Source: Octopus sinensis
Taxonomy: Eukaryota
Direction of reading: 5' to 3'
DNA length: 64,000 nucleotides
NCBI RefSeq assembly: GCF_006345805.1
Contig: NC_043015.1
Coordinates: 24,924,001-24,988,000, forward strand
The position numbers and the translations under genes were made by a program. Under the pieces are notes generated by a model. That model was not told the DNA's origin. It saw only the letters and a list, made by a program, of their open reading frames with translations, and did no database searches. The number at the start of each line of letters is the position of its first letter. Within the stretch, counting starts at the first letter, position 1. Shown one piece after another: positions 38,691 through 52,599 of this stretch.

Positions 38691-40300
38691 ATACAGAAAA
38701 TGCTCTGGTGATTTTTAGATATTGTTATTTAGCATAGGAAAAAGGCCTTAGATTATATCAGACCCAGAACATGGTTAATAACCAAAGTTGCAGCAGTAGC
38801 AGCAGCAGAGGCAGTGAGGGCAGCGGCAGCAGTAGCAGTAGTACCCTCTGCACAAGAAGAAGATGACCAACCAGGGCAATCAAACATAATTGGTTCCCAT
38901 TTGGAATTTCCGACTATGAATGTTCAATAGTTTGATCAGCAAATCAGAATCTTTGAATCAGCATCAATGTAGCTTGGTATTCTACAGATACATGTTTCTT
39001 TAATGTAATTCTCAGGTAGAATCAATGTGGCTAAGAGACACGTAGCTGTACCATTGAAATTACAAATGCAATCCACCTGAAGGTTTCAGTACATGTTCCT
39101 TTTATTAAATGTAATTGGGTTGACCCAAAACCATAGAAAATAACATTTTCCTACGATACCGTATAGTGGAATCAAAATTGGGAGCTCATGACAGCAAAAC
39201 TATCTTCAGAACCATTTGGTTGTATGGTGCCAACAATCAAACTGTAGTCGTAGACAAAAACTATTTGATTTTTATTGCATAGATAAATTTTGGCCAGTTA
39301 TTTACAAGTGAAGATCTGTGTTATCAACATGAAGAATAATTTAGTCATTTGTTGTATCAGATTTTGTGGGCAGCATCGAGTAGTTTGATCTATAGTGTCT
39401 ACCATTCTTTTGGTCATTCCCTTTTATTTTAATAATTAAATCTACTTCTAAATGTCAATGAGTAGAACTTAGCCCTTCCAGCCATGTGTGTGTGTGTGTG
39501 TGTGTGTCTGTGTGTCTGTGTGAATGCCAAGTGCTGCTGCATTGAGAATTGATGTTAACAATTTGAATAGGACTTTGATTAAGGATTGAAAGCATCTAAT
39601 ACACATGTAAGCCAGCAATTGTTGTTAGCAACTGTGGACAGGTTCTATAATTTAGAAATTTCATGTCTTTCAAATGGGAATAAAGATTGGCTACAATATG
39701 GCAAGTACATGTTACACTTGTAGTGGATAATTGTGCTGTGAGAAAGTTAAACGATATGTCGAGTGAATTAGAGCCAAACTACTTTCACAAATTTCAACTC
39801 GTGTTTGATGTATAGAAAACATTATTACCAACATTGGACATGGCATTTTCAAGAGTTTGCCTCAAGCCTTTCCTCTCTCTTCTCTCTATTTTAAGGGGCA
39901 AATACAATTAAATTTCTTCAGCAACTCATAAGAAAATAATAAGCGTAAGAAAGTATAATTTTGATTTGCAGTAGCAGTTTCATTTCCCTTGGAACCCTGC
40001 TGCATTAGAAATGGTCGTAGCTTCTATGCATTCTGCTTCTCTTATCCACTAAGACTTGCAGCCTTAAATACTAAATGATTTATAGATGTGAATGGAACAC
40101 ACAACAGCTAAGGAAGAAGGCATACATGCTTAAAATACTGACCCCTTCTGTTCACATTGCCAACCTAGCAGTCACTCTTATTGTTCCCTTTGAGCTTTAT
40201 AATAGAAAGAAGGATAAGTAACTTAGTCTCACTTTTTTTCCTATTTTAAGAGGTGAATACAATTAAACTTCTTTGGCAACTAATAAGAAGAAAAAAGTTT

Positions 40301-40364
<64 letters not shown>

Positions 40365-40486
40365 TAATAATAATAATAATAATAAAATAATAATAATAAT
40401 AAAATAATAATAATAATAATAATAATGATAATAATAATAATAATGATAATAATAATAATAATAATAATAATAATATAATAATAATA

Positions 40487-40539
<53 letters not shown>

Positions 40540-42439
40540 CTCAAATTTTGGCACAAGGCTGGCAATTTCAGGGCAGGATTTAAGTTGATTACATCAACCC
40601 TATACTCAACTGGTACTTATTTTATCGGCCCTGAAAAGATGAAAGACAAAGACAACCTTTGTGGAATTTGAACACGGCACATAAAGATGGAAGAAATGCT
40701 GCCAAACATTTTGCCAACCATGCTAATGATTCGGCCAACTTTTGGTGCTTTTTATCAATAAGAAAATATTAACCATGAAACTATGTAATTTAAATGTTAT
40801 TGAATTAAAATGGTTGTAAATATTTATATTTTGGTTCTCTTATTCAGCAAGAAATACGGCTTTGTGTACTGAGAGATATAAAGTTGACGATGAAGTGCAC
40901 AACCTGTAAAGAGGAAAGTGTTAAAACTCTGAGCTCTCATTGCCCAATATTCAGCTCTTACTAAAAGACAGTTGTACTCCACTTCATTGGCTGAGAAAAG
41001 GAAGAAAGGCTTCTAACTTGAAGAAAATATTTTTTCTTCAATAAGTATACAACAGCCATAACACATGTTAAAATAAAATGAAAGTAGAATAAGAAGGTAG
41101 ACATATTTTTCCAGAAGTAAATTAAATTTTGACAGGAACAAATTTGGGCACTGGTCCAGCACTTTCCAGCCGCTATGATATATTTAAAACTACAGAAAAT
41201 ACGGACACTGGTGTAGTTTTTGTCTGGGTTTTTTAGTGTCTCCAGAGATTTAAGCAGATGAAATTGGAAATATGGAAATGAATCAGAAATCGATAGAAGG
41301 AAAAGCTAAATTAAAGTTATTTAAAATGTTGTCCTTTAATTTTAAAAGAAAGACAAAAAAATTTAGTTACATACAATATTAAAACTATCATATTAATATT
41401 ATAGTGGTTGTTGTTATTACACCAGTTCTGTAATGCATTAATTTTCACAAATAACATAACTTGAAAAATTACCATATTTTGTTTATCTAAGCTGAACGAA
41501 TGAAACTCTGATAAGCTGTACAATCTATAAGTCTTGTTGTTGATGAAAATAATTATCTTCCTTTAGAAGCAAAACTTACATTCAATTATCATAATGGAAT
41601 TTCCCAGTCAAGCGTAAACTTGATTAATTTCTATTAAGAAAAATATCATAAATTACATCAATTGAAAACAAAAAAAAATATAATGATGAAAATATAAATA
41701 TATAAAAAAAAAGAAGCGAGAGTAAAAAGATATCTTAACAACTTGAGATTATTAGTAACACAACTTAATACCGAAAGAAAATACACAAAAATGGAATTAA
41801 AAGAATAAATATTTTCTTTCCAGCTCTTAGATAAGACAAAAAAAAAATAACTAACGAAAGAAACAAACAAGGTAAAAAGAAATACAGAAGGACAGAAAGA
41901 AAGAGTGATAGGATCACTTGTATCTTGTGTGAAAGAATAACAAAATTTAGTTTTTGTTCTTATGTTTACAGGTATCAACTGTTAGGTTTATCTTATATAT
42001 GTATATGTGTATACATATGTATATATGTACACATATGTATGCATGTATATATATATATATGTATATATATATATCATCATCATCATCGGAAAGCGGACGT
42101 TAAACGATGATGATGATGATGTATGTGTATATATACATATATGCATGTATATATGGTTGTATATATATATATGTATATGCATGTATGTATGTGTGTGTAT
42201 ATATATATATATATATACACACACGTGTATTTATAAATTTATATATGCATACACATATATTGTTGTATATTGGGTGGGTCATTATATCAATAATAAACAC
42301 AGGAACTGTTTCTGTCTCACTTCTTTATTATTACGATTATTATCATTATTATTATTATTATTAATAGTCAACTAATTAACTATTTAACCAATGAACAAAT
42401 TGCTTGTTAATTGTTCGATCAATCAATCATTTACCTAGG

Positions 42440-42800
42440 TTCGTCAGAGTTTTTTCATCACCATTCAAACCTCATCAATGACATCCTATAGTGTGACATG
42501 GTTTGGCTCATTTGGGCCAAATGTATAGGCTTTGGTCATTTGGGGATTGTGATGATGACTTGTTTCTTCTTTGGTGATTCTTGTCTGCAGCAGTTACTCT
42601 GATCTTCTCAAACTGTTTGCAGTAATCTGGATGCTGTCTCACCCCACCTCCTTCCATGATACAACTCCTTCTCACCCTGTGGAGTTCTATCCCTGCCTGG
42701 GTGGGCTGGTGTTCCAACCCTCTTTTAAATACTTCTGAGATAATACCTCTGTCTCTTGACCTGGCCCAGCTTGTTGTACAATACGGCCTTCAGCATTTTG
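42440..42800 (-). mobile_element. Degraded 3' end of a BovB-like RTE LINE
   Basis: MLKAVLYNKLGQVKRQR resembles RLPK.VLY.EL..GKR. QFEKIRV..DKNHQRRNK and a decayed C-terminal C2H2-like YIWPK*AKPCHTIG are also present. Confidence 0.5.
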
Positions 42801-43257
42801 GATTAGTCCATCTGTGAGACTTGACCTGCTCATCTGAGCTGTGTGAGCAGCAGCATGATTTCAGTGCTTGGAAGGTTGACCTATTGGAGGACTTAGTTGT
42901 TAGTGACAGCTACCTTCCATGAGATGCTCACGATGTAGTGAAAACATCTTTGCTGGAGGCATTTCAGCAACTTCACCTACTTCCTCTTCAGCAGAAGACA
43001 GCACTGATGACAATTGGCTTTTAAACTTTGATCCTGGTAGTTAGCACACTCTTTTACCATCTGCAAACATCTGAAGGAAGTACTGGCTTTGGCAATGTTG
43101 TCTTTTTAACAGGCTTTGCCATTAGAAGTGAGGCTCCCCAGGTAAATGTTTGACTGAGTTAAAGCAGTGTCTTTTGATGCTAATTTGTGGAGGTCAGTAT
43201 GTGTCATGAAATGGTTTCTAGTACAGTACTTCAGCTTTTCTCGCGCACGCATGCACG

Positions 43258-43302
<45 letters not shown>

Positions 43303-44488
43303 CCACATTATTCCATTATTGAACTCTGAAACCAAACAGAACCTCTCTTATCAAGAACTCCAAAATTAACTCAAAGGACCATATACCCAACATCCAATGT
43401 AAGTTCTCTCTTAGAATAATTTGTCCTTCTTAGTCCAATATTGGTAGAATTAGTAACCAAATTATGGATAGAATTGTCTCTATGTTCAGAAAGAAAATTT
43501 TACTTGACTTGTCATCTTCCACCTCTGAAGTAATGGCTTCTATCAATGATAGATATTAAATTTCTGCAGTTCGATATTGATCGCCACAACTCTTCCAACT
43601 CACCTACACTTCTAAGAAAAGCACTCCTCTTTGCTATGAAAATCTCTGATTTACTAAAAAAGGACATAACCATTATATCGGCATCTAGATGAATTATGAA
43701 ATTTTACAATAAGCTCTGGGCTAGGAAAAAATAAACAAAATAACATCGACATCACCTTGAAATCTAATCACTAAGCACAAGTCATAGATTTTGTGGATAT
43801 AAACTTATTAAATTGAATTAAGAATGAATTTCAAAATCTGGAAGGGAATCTATGTAGGGGTGATGCTTTGATCATAATCTGAGAATTATAGCAATGCTAT
43901 GAGAGAATTAAGAGAAGAGTTATAGGACACTTTAAAAATTTAGGTTTGTCTGTTGTGTTTAATGAAGACCATAAAATGGTGAACTTCTTAAATATTACTC
44001 TAGAGCTCAGTATATGTCTGCAGCTTTAAATAACAAGTACAATTAATCTCAAGGCTTCCACACAGTATCCATTAATCTGGTTTCACTCACAAGTTGAGGT
44101 TATCTTAAAAGATACCACACAGTGAATCAATCTGGAGAAACAAATTTCTTACTCACTTGGTGAAGCAATGTCAACTCTTAAATTAACAATATCAATTACT
44201 CAACAGATTGATTTTCCTGATTGAAAGGGATCAGTTAAATTTTGCCAGGTGATGCACTTTGAGACCAAGAAGATAATATTTTCATTTTCATTTAATGTCT
44301 GCTTTCCATGCTGGCATGGGCTGGAGGATTTGAGAGGAGCTGCCTAGGCAGAAGAATGCACCAGGCTTCAGTGTCTGTTTTGGCTAAATCCTCTTCCTAG
44401 CAGACAAAATATCTTTTGAAAATAGAAATAATATATGTCTAAATATCTCAAAGGGATTTATGTAGTAGCAGCCCAATAAAGTGATAAT

Positions 44489-44727
44489 ATGTCGTCAACT
44501 TAATGTGACAGTCCCATAAAAGGGAAGAATGCTACTGTTACTGTTACTGTTAGGAAACACAGTTTCCTGCTGGACTTGACACATTTCCTGGGTCCTTACG
44601 TTTTCAAAGAGGAGACAAGCACCTCCACCCATCAAAGCCAGAAGCCAGAGATTAGTTTCAGAATCATTGCTCATCACCAGTAGGATTCTTCCCTTTTTAT
44701 GGGACTGTCACATTAAGTTAACGACAT
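44489..44727. mobile_element. MITE-like element with ~49-bp terminal inverted repeats
   Basis: atgtcgtcaacttaatgtgacagtcccataaaagggaagaatgctactg (44489-44537) matches the reverse complement of 44678-44727 with 2 mismatches and 1 indel. No clear TSD beyond a possible AT. Confidence 0.7.
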
Positions 44728-46109
44728 GCTATCAAAATATCTTTTGGTATTCAAATACAAAGTTTTGTGTTCTGCATTCGAGTTGTGCAGGTCATCTTTT
44801 GCCATTTGTTCTCAAAGATCTATGAATTAAATACTGGCCACATTTGAGAGAGGGAAACAAATAGGATAAAATATTCTTTTCTACTCTAGGCACATGGCCC
44901 GAAATTTTTGGGGAGGGGGCCAGTTTATTAGATTGACACGCAGTATTCATCTGGCACTTAATTTATAGACCCAAAAGGATGAAGGGCAGAGTCAACCTCG
45001 GCAGAACTTGAACTCAGAATGTAGAGACAGACGAGATACTGCTAAGAATTTTGCCCAGCATGCTAATGTTTCTGCCAGCTCACCACCTTAAGAGGATAAA
45101 ATATTTGATGCTGTACTAGACAAAGAAAGAGCAATGCAGCCACATGACCTGCTAAAAATATCAGCCAAATTTCACATGAAAGTGAAGGTTACATTGGCTA
45201 TTACAAATATTTATTGATCAAAATGACAAGATGCTAATATATTGAATGTCTTTGATTTCATATTTGCTCAAATTGGTCACACATGGAAGCAAGAAAAGAA
45301 AAAAGAAAAGGGATATTAAAAATAAGTCATTTTTAGCAGTGGAACTTGAAAGATACGAAGTTGTAATTAACAACATGTAGAATATTGGGTTAAAAGGTCT
45401 GCTTGGATGGACCAAATGACAAAGGCTGCCTGTGGGATAGAAACAACAATAAAGGTAAATATTTCTGAAAGTAAATTTGGATGGAATCAGTAAATATATG
45501 CAACTTTAGTTAGGTGCACAAGATGTAACAACTGTGAGTAAGAAACTAAATCAATTCTGTTATGAATTAGTTGATTGAATGACTTCCTTGAAAATGTCAG
45601 AGAATGGTTGGTTATGGAAGGAGTTTAATCATGTATGCAAGCTCCAAACAAAACTAAAAAAAAACCAGAAAGTCTTCCCTTCCTTGTATATCTTATGTAT
45701 ATCTTCCTCTTATTCAAAGTGTGTGTGAAAAAATAGGAATTTGTGAAAACGTAGTTGCTGTCCTTTCTATTTATATAAAGAAGGAGCTAATTAAATGTGA
45801 TCACACTTTAACAAAGAACAACAACAATCATCATAAAGCTAACAAAAAGAAAAATGAAGCAAGAGGAAAAGAGAAAGGAACAAACAACAGCCAAAAGAAA
45901 CTAAATAAAAGGACGGTGAAAATGAAAGGAAAGGGCACTTGTAACTTTAATTTCAATTGTGAATTTCTCATACTTTTTTGGTCACAAAAACAAGAAGCAG
46001 AACTATAGCTGCTACTGCTGCTACTACTACTACTACCACCACCACCACCACCACTACTACTACTACTACTATTACTACCACCACCACCACCACCACCACC
46101 ACCACCACA

Positions 46110-46152
<43 letters not shown>

Positions 46153-46428
46153 TTATTTTCACGTCACCAGCCAACAAAAATATATCAATGTCAAAACAGA
46201 ATCCATCAATCAAGTCTTTAAGTAAGAGTTGCTTTAAGATGAAATTGCTTTGTGTAATGGATTTTTTTTTATCTTACAATATTTATATATTAATATATAT
46301 GTGTATATATGTGTGTATGAGTACTACATCATCATGATATATTTATTACTAAGATATATATATGTATATATATATATATGTATATGTATTATGTATAGAT
46401 ATATGTGTGGTGTGTATGTATATATATT

Positions 46429-46461
<33 letters not shown>

Positions 46462-47699
46462 CTGTGTGTACAGATATTTTTTAGGGGTCAGCAAAGATAA
46501 ATAGAGATAAAAAAAAGGTAACAGACAATGAAGGAAAAGCTCTTGATAAAATAATTTATTTTTCCCCCGCACGAATGTAATATTGCTGTGTCATTTATGA
46601 GGGAAAATCACTTAAAATGAGCTGCACATTTTGCTGTTTTGATTCTGGATTGAATATAGTTGGAGTAATTACATTTAATGTCTCAACTAAATGAAATAAA
46701 ATGTCATTTTATTATATGAATAAAAGTACAATGACATAAATACACACACAGCTAAGCTTTGATGTACTATTGACACAAACACATTCAAGCAACAACATAA
46801 GAAATGCATACAAATGCACAATTGGGAATTAAACCTAATATAGATTTATTTCTTTACTAAAACAAGGTCAACACGAAGTGCAATCATACACACACACACA
46901 CACACACACACATAGATGTAGATAAATAGATATATGCATAGATAGGTAGACAAATGATATATGATACTAGACTTACCCGGGGAAAGTATTCATGGTACTT
47001 AGCCTACTTTCTGAACTTATTTAATTGGAACTATCCAAACAATAGTATTCAATTTATATAAGTAGAAGTTTTTTTTTTAAACAATTTTTATCCTAAAAAC
47101 ACCTGTTACTTTTGCTTTAAAGTGAAAGAGAGGAGAAAGTGAAAGATGTATGAACGTGTATGTGAAATGGATGTGTGTGTGTGTGTCTGTGAGAAAGAAA
47201 AATAGAGAGTGTGTTACTTACACATACAAGAAGTTGGTGGATAAGATGGTGCATCATGATCTTTGGTTGTTGAGTCTCACAGACATGATGACAAGTGACA
47301 GAGATTTCTGGCAATTTGCTGTGCTTGAGAAGACACATCAAGCCATGTGGAAACGTGGTCGTGGCCAGTGCTGGTGATACATGAAAGGAAACCATGCCAG
47401 TGACATGTAAAAGGAACCTGTACCAGTGGCACATACAACACACCAGTGTCAGTGACATGTAAAAGGCATTCTGTACACTCTGTGGAGTGGTTAGGAAGGG
47501 CTTCCAGCCATAGAAAATATGCCAAAGCAGATGACTTGAACCTGTTGCAGCTCTCTGATTTATCAGCTCCTGTCAAACTGTCTAACCCGTGCCAGCATGG
47601 AAAACAGATGTTAAATGATGATGATGATGAATTCCTCTCAACACATGGCTATGATGCTGTCCCACTACTTCTGCTCAGAGATGTACATATCGTCAGCCA

Positions 47700-47900
47700 C
47701 TAAGAGACATGCTCAACTGGATAAGGTCAAACAACTGGCAAGCAAATCTGTGGTATTGAGCAGAATATTTGCTGAAGCCCATCTTTTATTGCAAGACAAA
47801 AACAACGTACAAGATTTCCCCTGTTTCATTATCAATGGTCTGCTAGTGGCCTGCCCCCTTAATTGTCAGCTAACATCTTGATTTAAGTTTTCCTTTACAA
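47700..47900 (-). mobile_element. Possible decayed pogo/Tigger CENP-B-type HTH fragment
   Basis: GQATSRPLIMKQGK...NKRWAS loosely resembles G.P.SGP.I.EKA...AS.GW; weak. Confidence 0.25.
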
Positions 47901-48343
47901 AATCCCATGGTATTGCTTCAAATAAATCTTGATTTTTATGACTATACCCACTATGATTTCTGTCGACACACTCAGTCATACCCCTAATAGACCCGGCCTT
48001 ATATATACAAGAATTTGATAAAACTAGTCTATAAATTAAAAGTGACCCCATATAAAAGTGACAAGCAAAATCTGTAACAAGTCTTTCTTCCTGATACCTT
48101 AGTAGCTTCTAAGTGGAAGGAAAAGCAACAATGTTCTTTGTCTATCTCCTTAACTTCTTGGAGATTTTAGGCAAAATTATACTAATGTGTCCATCTGTTT
48201 TAATTTAATTAAATTCTATGTCTTTGTGCAGCTGAAGATTGCACTGCATTTAAAATGATGCAATGGTTGCATTGTTCAATTAAATGGAGTTGCATGAAAC
48301 GATCGTGCTGCATTACCTCTGAATATCCTTGTTGCTTATTTTG

Positions 48344-48421
<78 letters not shown>

Positions 48422-50267
48422 ATAGAAAGGTTGGCTTTTCTTTGGACAGATCTTATATATTTGAATTTTAAATGTTTGAAATATTATCAAACTTGATTCC
48501 AATAATGATTGCAATGTAAATGAATTCAGAATATTATCTTACACATTTATCTGTTTTTATTTTTTTCCCAATTTAATTATTTAAAATCTTACACTGAAAA
48601 ATGTCAAGAGATCAGAAACTGAATTACTCTTAATTAGCAAAAATAATTATTTATTAAAATAATAAACAGGCTTAAATATCAACAGTGGAATGATTACTAT
48701 TTTCTCCATTCAATCTACATGACTACAGAACATCTACCAGTTATTGCTATTTGACCAATACTGCCAAGGTCAACTTTGCCTTTCATCCTTTCAGTTTCAA
48801 TGAAATAAGCATGATTTATGCCTAGGGTCAATGTAATGGACTATTTTCCTCCCCCTACAAAATTTCAGGCCTTGTGCTTATAGTAGAAAGGATTATTTGT
48901 TCTGTTCAATGACAAAAAAGCTAAAAAAAAAACAAAAATAAAAATATACATACATACATATGTATATACATAAATACATACATACATATACATACATACA
49001 AACATATATATATACAACAGTCTTCTTTCAGTCTCCATCTACCAAATCCATTCACACAGCATTGGTCAGCCTAGGGCTACAGTAGCCCAAGTTCCCATGC
49101 AGTGGGACTGAACCTAGAACTATGAGATTGTGAAGTAAACTTCTTACCACACACGCACACTTTCACCTATGATTGATGAAGTATAAATCACATCTCACCA
49201 CCAAGTGGTACTTCCCTGTGACCAGGTGTACTCGGCTATTGAGCAATAAGTGTATTAAAATGAGAGGAGCAGTGAGAGGGCAAGACTTAGTCCAGTCAAC
49301 TATTCATGACCTGATCAATCATAACAATCAAATTATGATAGAACAAATATGTGATCACAAATTTACATTTATCTTGAAATATTTGGAAATTAAACGATTA
49401 GGAAAGACATCGTAGCTTATTGGAAATATATATGTCACACTCTACACACCTGTTTATATTGAGTTAATTTGTAGCTGTACATACACAGTTAATTGGTTTA
49501 GATTACTTTCTATTACAGAATCCAATTTTCATATTAACACCATCAAATTATTTAATCTAGATGTCGACTGATTTTTAACTAATTGTTGATGAGGTTTCAG
49601 CATGTTTGCTGCACATGCAATTCATTAAAACTTAAAAGATACACAATTATACCGTTACCTAAAGAAATCAATATTGATCAATGACTAATATTACCTTCAT
49701 TTTATTTGGCAACTATGGGGGACAACTCTGGGCATGCTTCAGTATATTCTGATCTCATCAGTTAGGTTTATATTTATCATAGGAATATGATGATGACAAT
49801 GATGATGATGATAAGGAGGAGGAGGGGGATTAAGACACTGATGATGATGATGATGATCAATATAAATATTTAGATGTTGATATGGCTGTGTGTAACAAGT
49901 ATGCTTCCACGTTGTTTAATGTCCGCTTTCCATGTTGGTATGAGTTGGACGCGTTGACTGAGGGCTGGCAAGCCAGAAGGCAGCACCAGGCTCCAATCAC
50001 ACTCGAATAGTGCTTTTTATGTGCCACTATTACAGGACCAGTCACCCGGCACTAGCATTAATCATGCTCAAATGGTGCTTTTTACATACCATCGGCACAG
50101 GTACCAATAAGGTGGTACTGTCATCAGCCAAGTTCTGCTGTGTGTACCTTGGGCAAGTGTCTTTTACTATAGGCCCTGGTCATCTAGTGCCTTGTGTAGA
50201 CAGAAACTGAAATAAGACCATTCTGTATGTGTGTACATGTGTGTGTGTGTGTGTGAGTACATATATA

Positions 50268-51400
50268 TTCAGTGTGCAACTAATTTCCCACCATTTTTTT
50301 GATTTTGAAATTTATTACGTTTTTAAATTTTGGCATCTATTTTTTTTATCAAGAATTCTGTTTTTGAATCATTTTGGAATCTATTTTGTTTTTTTTTTCT
50401 AGTTAATTTTAGTTCACTTTTGTTTATTTTCAGGTCATTAAAATGGAATGTCAAGTTAAGAAAAATGAGCAGTTTTGACACCTGTTTCTTTTTGCTTTTA
50501 ATCAAGGTTCTATGGCCACAAAAGCTGCTTGCAACAATTGTGCTGTGTATGGAGAGGGTGCCATAGCTGAGAGAACCGTTTGTGATTGGTATACCAAGTT
50601 CAAAAATGGCAAGTCTGACCTCAAAGATGCACCTCATTCTGGCCGTCCAGTTGAATTCGAAGAAGAGAGATTAAACCAACTTTTGCAAGAAAATTCTCAT
50701 CAAATCACAAGGGAACTGGCAGAGAAAATGGAATACTTCCACACTGCTATAGAGAAGCATCTTCACTCGATGGAAAAGGTTCGGAAGTATGGAGCATGGG
50801 TTCCGCATGCTTTAAGTGACAACAAAAACCAATGAGACACAATCTCTGCTGGGTTGCTTGCTCGTCACCACTCAACTCATGGACGCAAGCAATGATATCT
50901 TTACCGAATCATTACTGGCTACAAAAAATGGTGCCTGTACCTGAACTTTATGCTCAACAGATGGATTGGCTCAACATGGCTATTCAAGAGAAAACACTAA
51001 TTGGCAGCATGGAGTTCTTCTGCTGCACGACAATGCCTGCCCTCATGTCACCAATATGACCAAAGAAGCCATTCAAATACATGGTTGAGAAGTGCTGCCA
51101 CACCTGCCACACTCTCCTGATTTGGCATCAATGAATTTCTACCTGTTTTGATATCTTTCAAATGCTATGCGCAGTTTTGTTTAATACTGATGCAGAATTG
51201 AGAGGTTGGTTGGATTAATTTTTCGAGTTGAAATTGGGTGATTTCTACCAATGAGGTATTGAAAATTTTGTTGAACATTGGGAAGAAGTTGTAAACAAGG
51301 GTGAATAAATAATTGATTAATTAGTTGTTATTTTTTTATTAAACCTTTTAAAATACCTAAATTAAAAAAAAAAACGGTGGGGACTTAGTTGCCAACTTTA
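50268..51400 (+). mobile_element. Decayed mariner (Tc1/mariner) DNA transposon with TIRs and TA TSD
   Basis: ORF 50512-50835 contains an HTH and WVPHAL. LLHDNACPH lies at ~51020 and PHSPDLA at ~51100 (HDNA.PH and YSPDL motifs). Left TIR ...gcaactaatttcccaccattttttt matches right aaaaaaacggtggggacttagttgc, flanked by TA. Confidence 0.92.
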
Positions 51401-51878
51401 TATATGTATATATATATATATATATATATGTGTTATGAGAGGTAATGGTGTCAAAAAACCTAAAGGTATCAGGTAATGGTGAATAAGTGCTATGGACAGA
51501 CTATAGTTAAGCTCCAGGTTTGGTGATTCAATAACACCATTTACAAACTCTATGCTTGGAATGACCAATTTTAAATACTATTGGAGCTTACACACAAGGT
51601 ACAGGAAACTTATATGTATACCATTCTACTTAAATAATGGAACTGCAGATACAATATCCCTGCATATCTCACATATGTTTTCATTCCTCCCGTTCAGTCT
51701 CTATTTCATATCTTCTGTAGAATACCTATTGCTCAACCATTTTCTCACACCATCTCCGATGAAGGGATATATAATATATCCCAGAAACAGCTGTGAGACC
51801 TTTGCTTTATAAATATTCTGAAATCTTGCACAGCCTTAGATTTTTATCTTATTCTGTTAATTTTATATATATATATAT

Positions 51879-51879
<1 letters not shown>

Positions 51880-51963
<84 letters not shown>

Positions 51964-51964
51964 C

Positions 51965-52028
<64 letters not shown>
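51880..52028. repeat. (GATA)n tetranucleotide microsatellite
   Basis: Directly visible. Confidence 0.98.
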
Positions 52029-52029
<1 letters not shown>

Positions 52030-52445
52030 TAAATATATATTTTATTTGTTTCAGACATTTGACTGTGGCCATAATGCAGCACCACATTTACTCAAACAAC
52101 TTGGCCCCAGAACTTATTCTTTGTAAGCCTAGTACTTATTCTATCAGTCTCTTTTTTGCCGAACCACTAAGTTACTGGGACATAAGCACACCAACATTAG
52201 TTGTCAAGTGGTGATGGGGGGAAAATCAGACATACACAAACAAATACATATGCATATATATATAAGTGACGAGCTTCTTTCAGTTTCCATTCACAAGGCT
52301 TTGGTTGACCCAAGGCTATAGAAGAAGACACTTGCCCAAGGTGTCACGCAGTGGGACTAAACCAGTAACCATGTAGTTGGGAAGCAAGCTTCTTACCACA
52401 CCTGTGCCTATATACAAATATATACATATAAATACATATACATAT

Positions 52446-52495
<50 letters not shown>

Positions 52496-52599
52496 CATAT
52501 AATTACATATACATATATATATATATACATATAAATACATATACATATATATATACATATATATATACATATATAATATACATATAATTATATATACAT

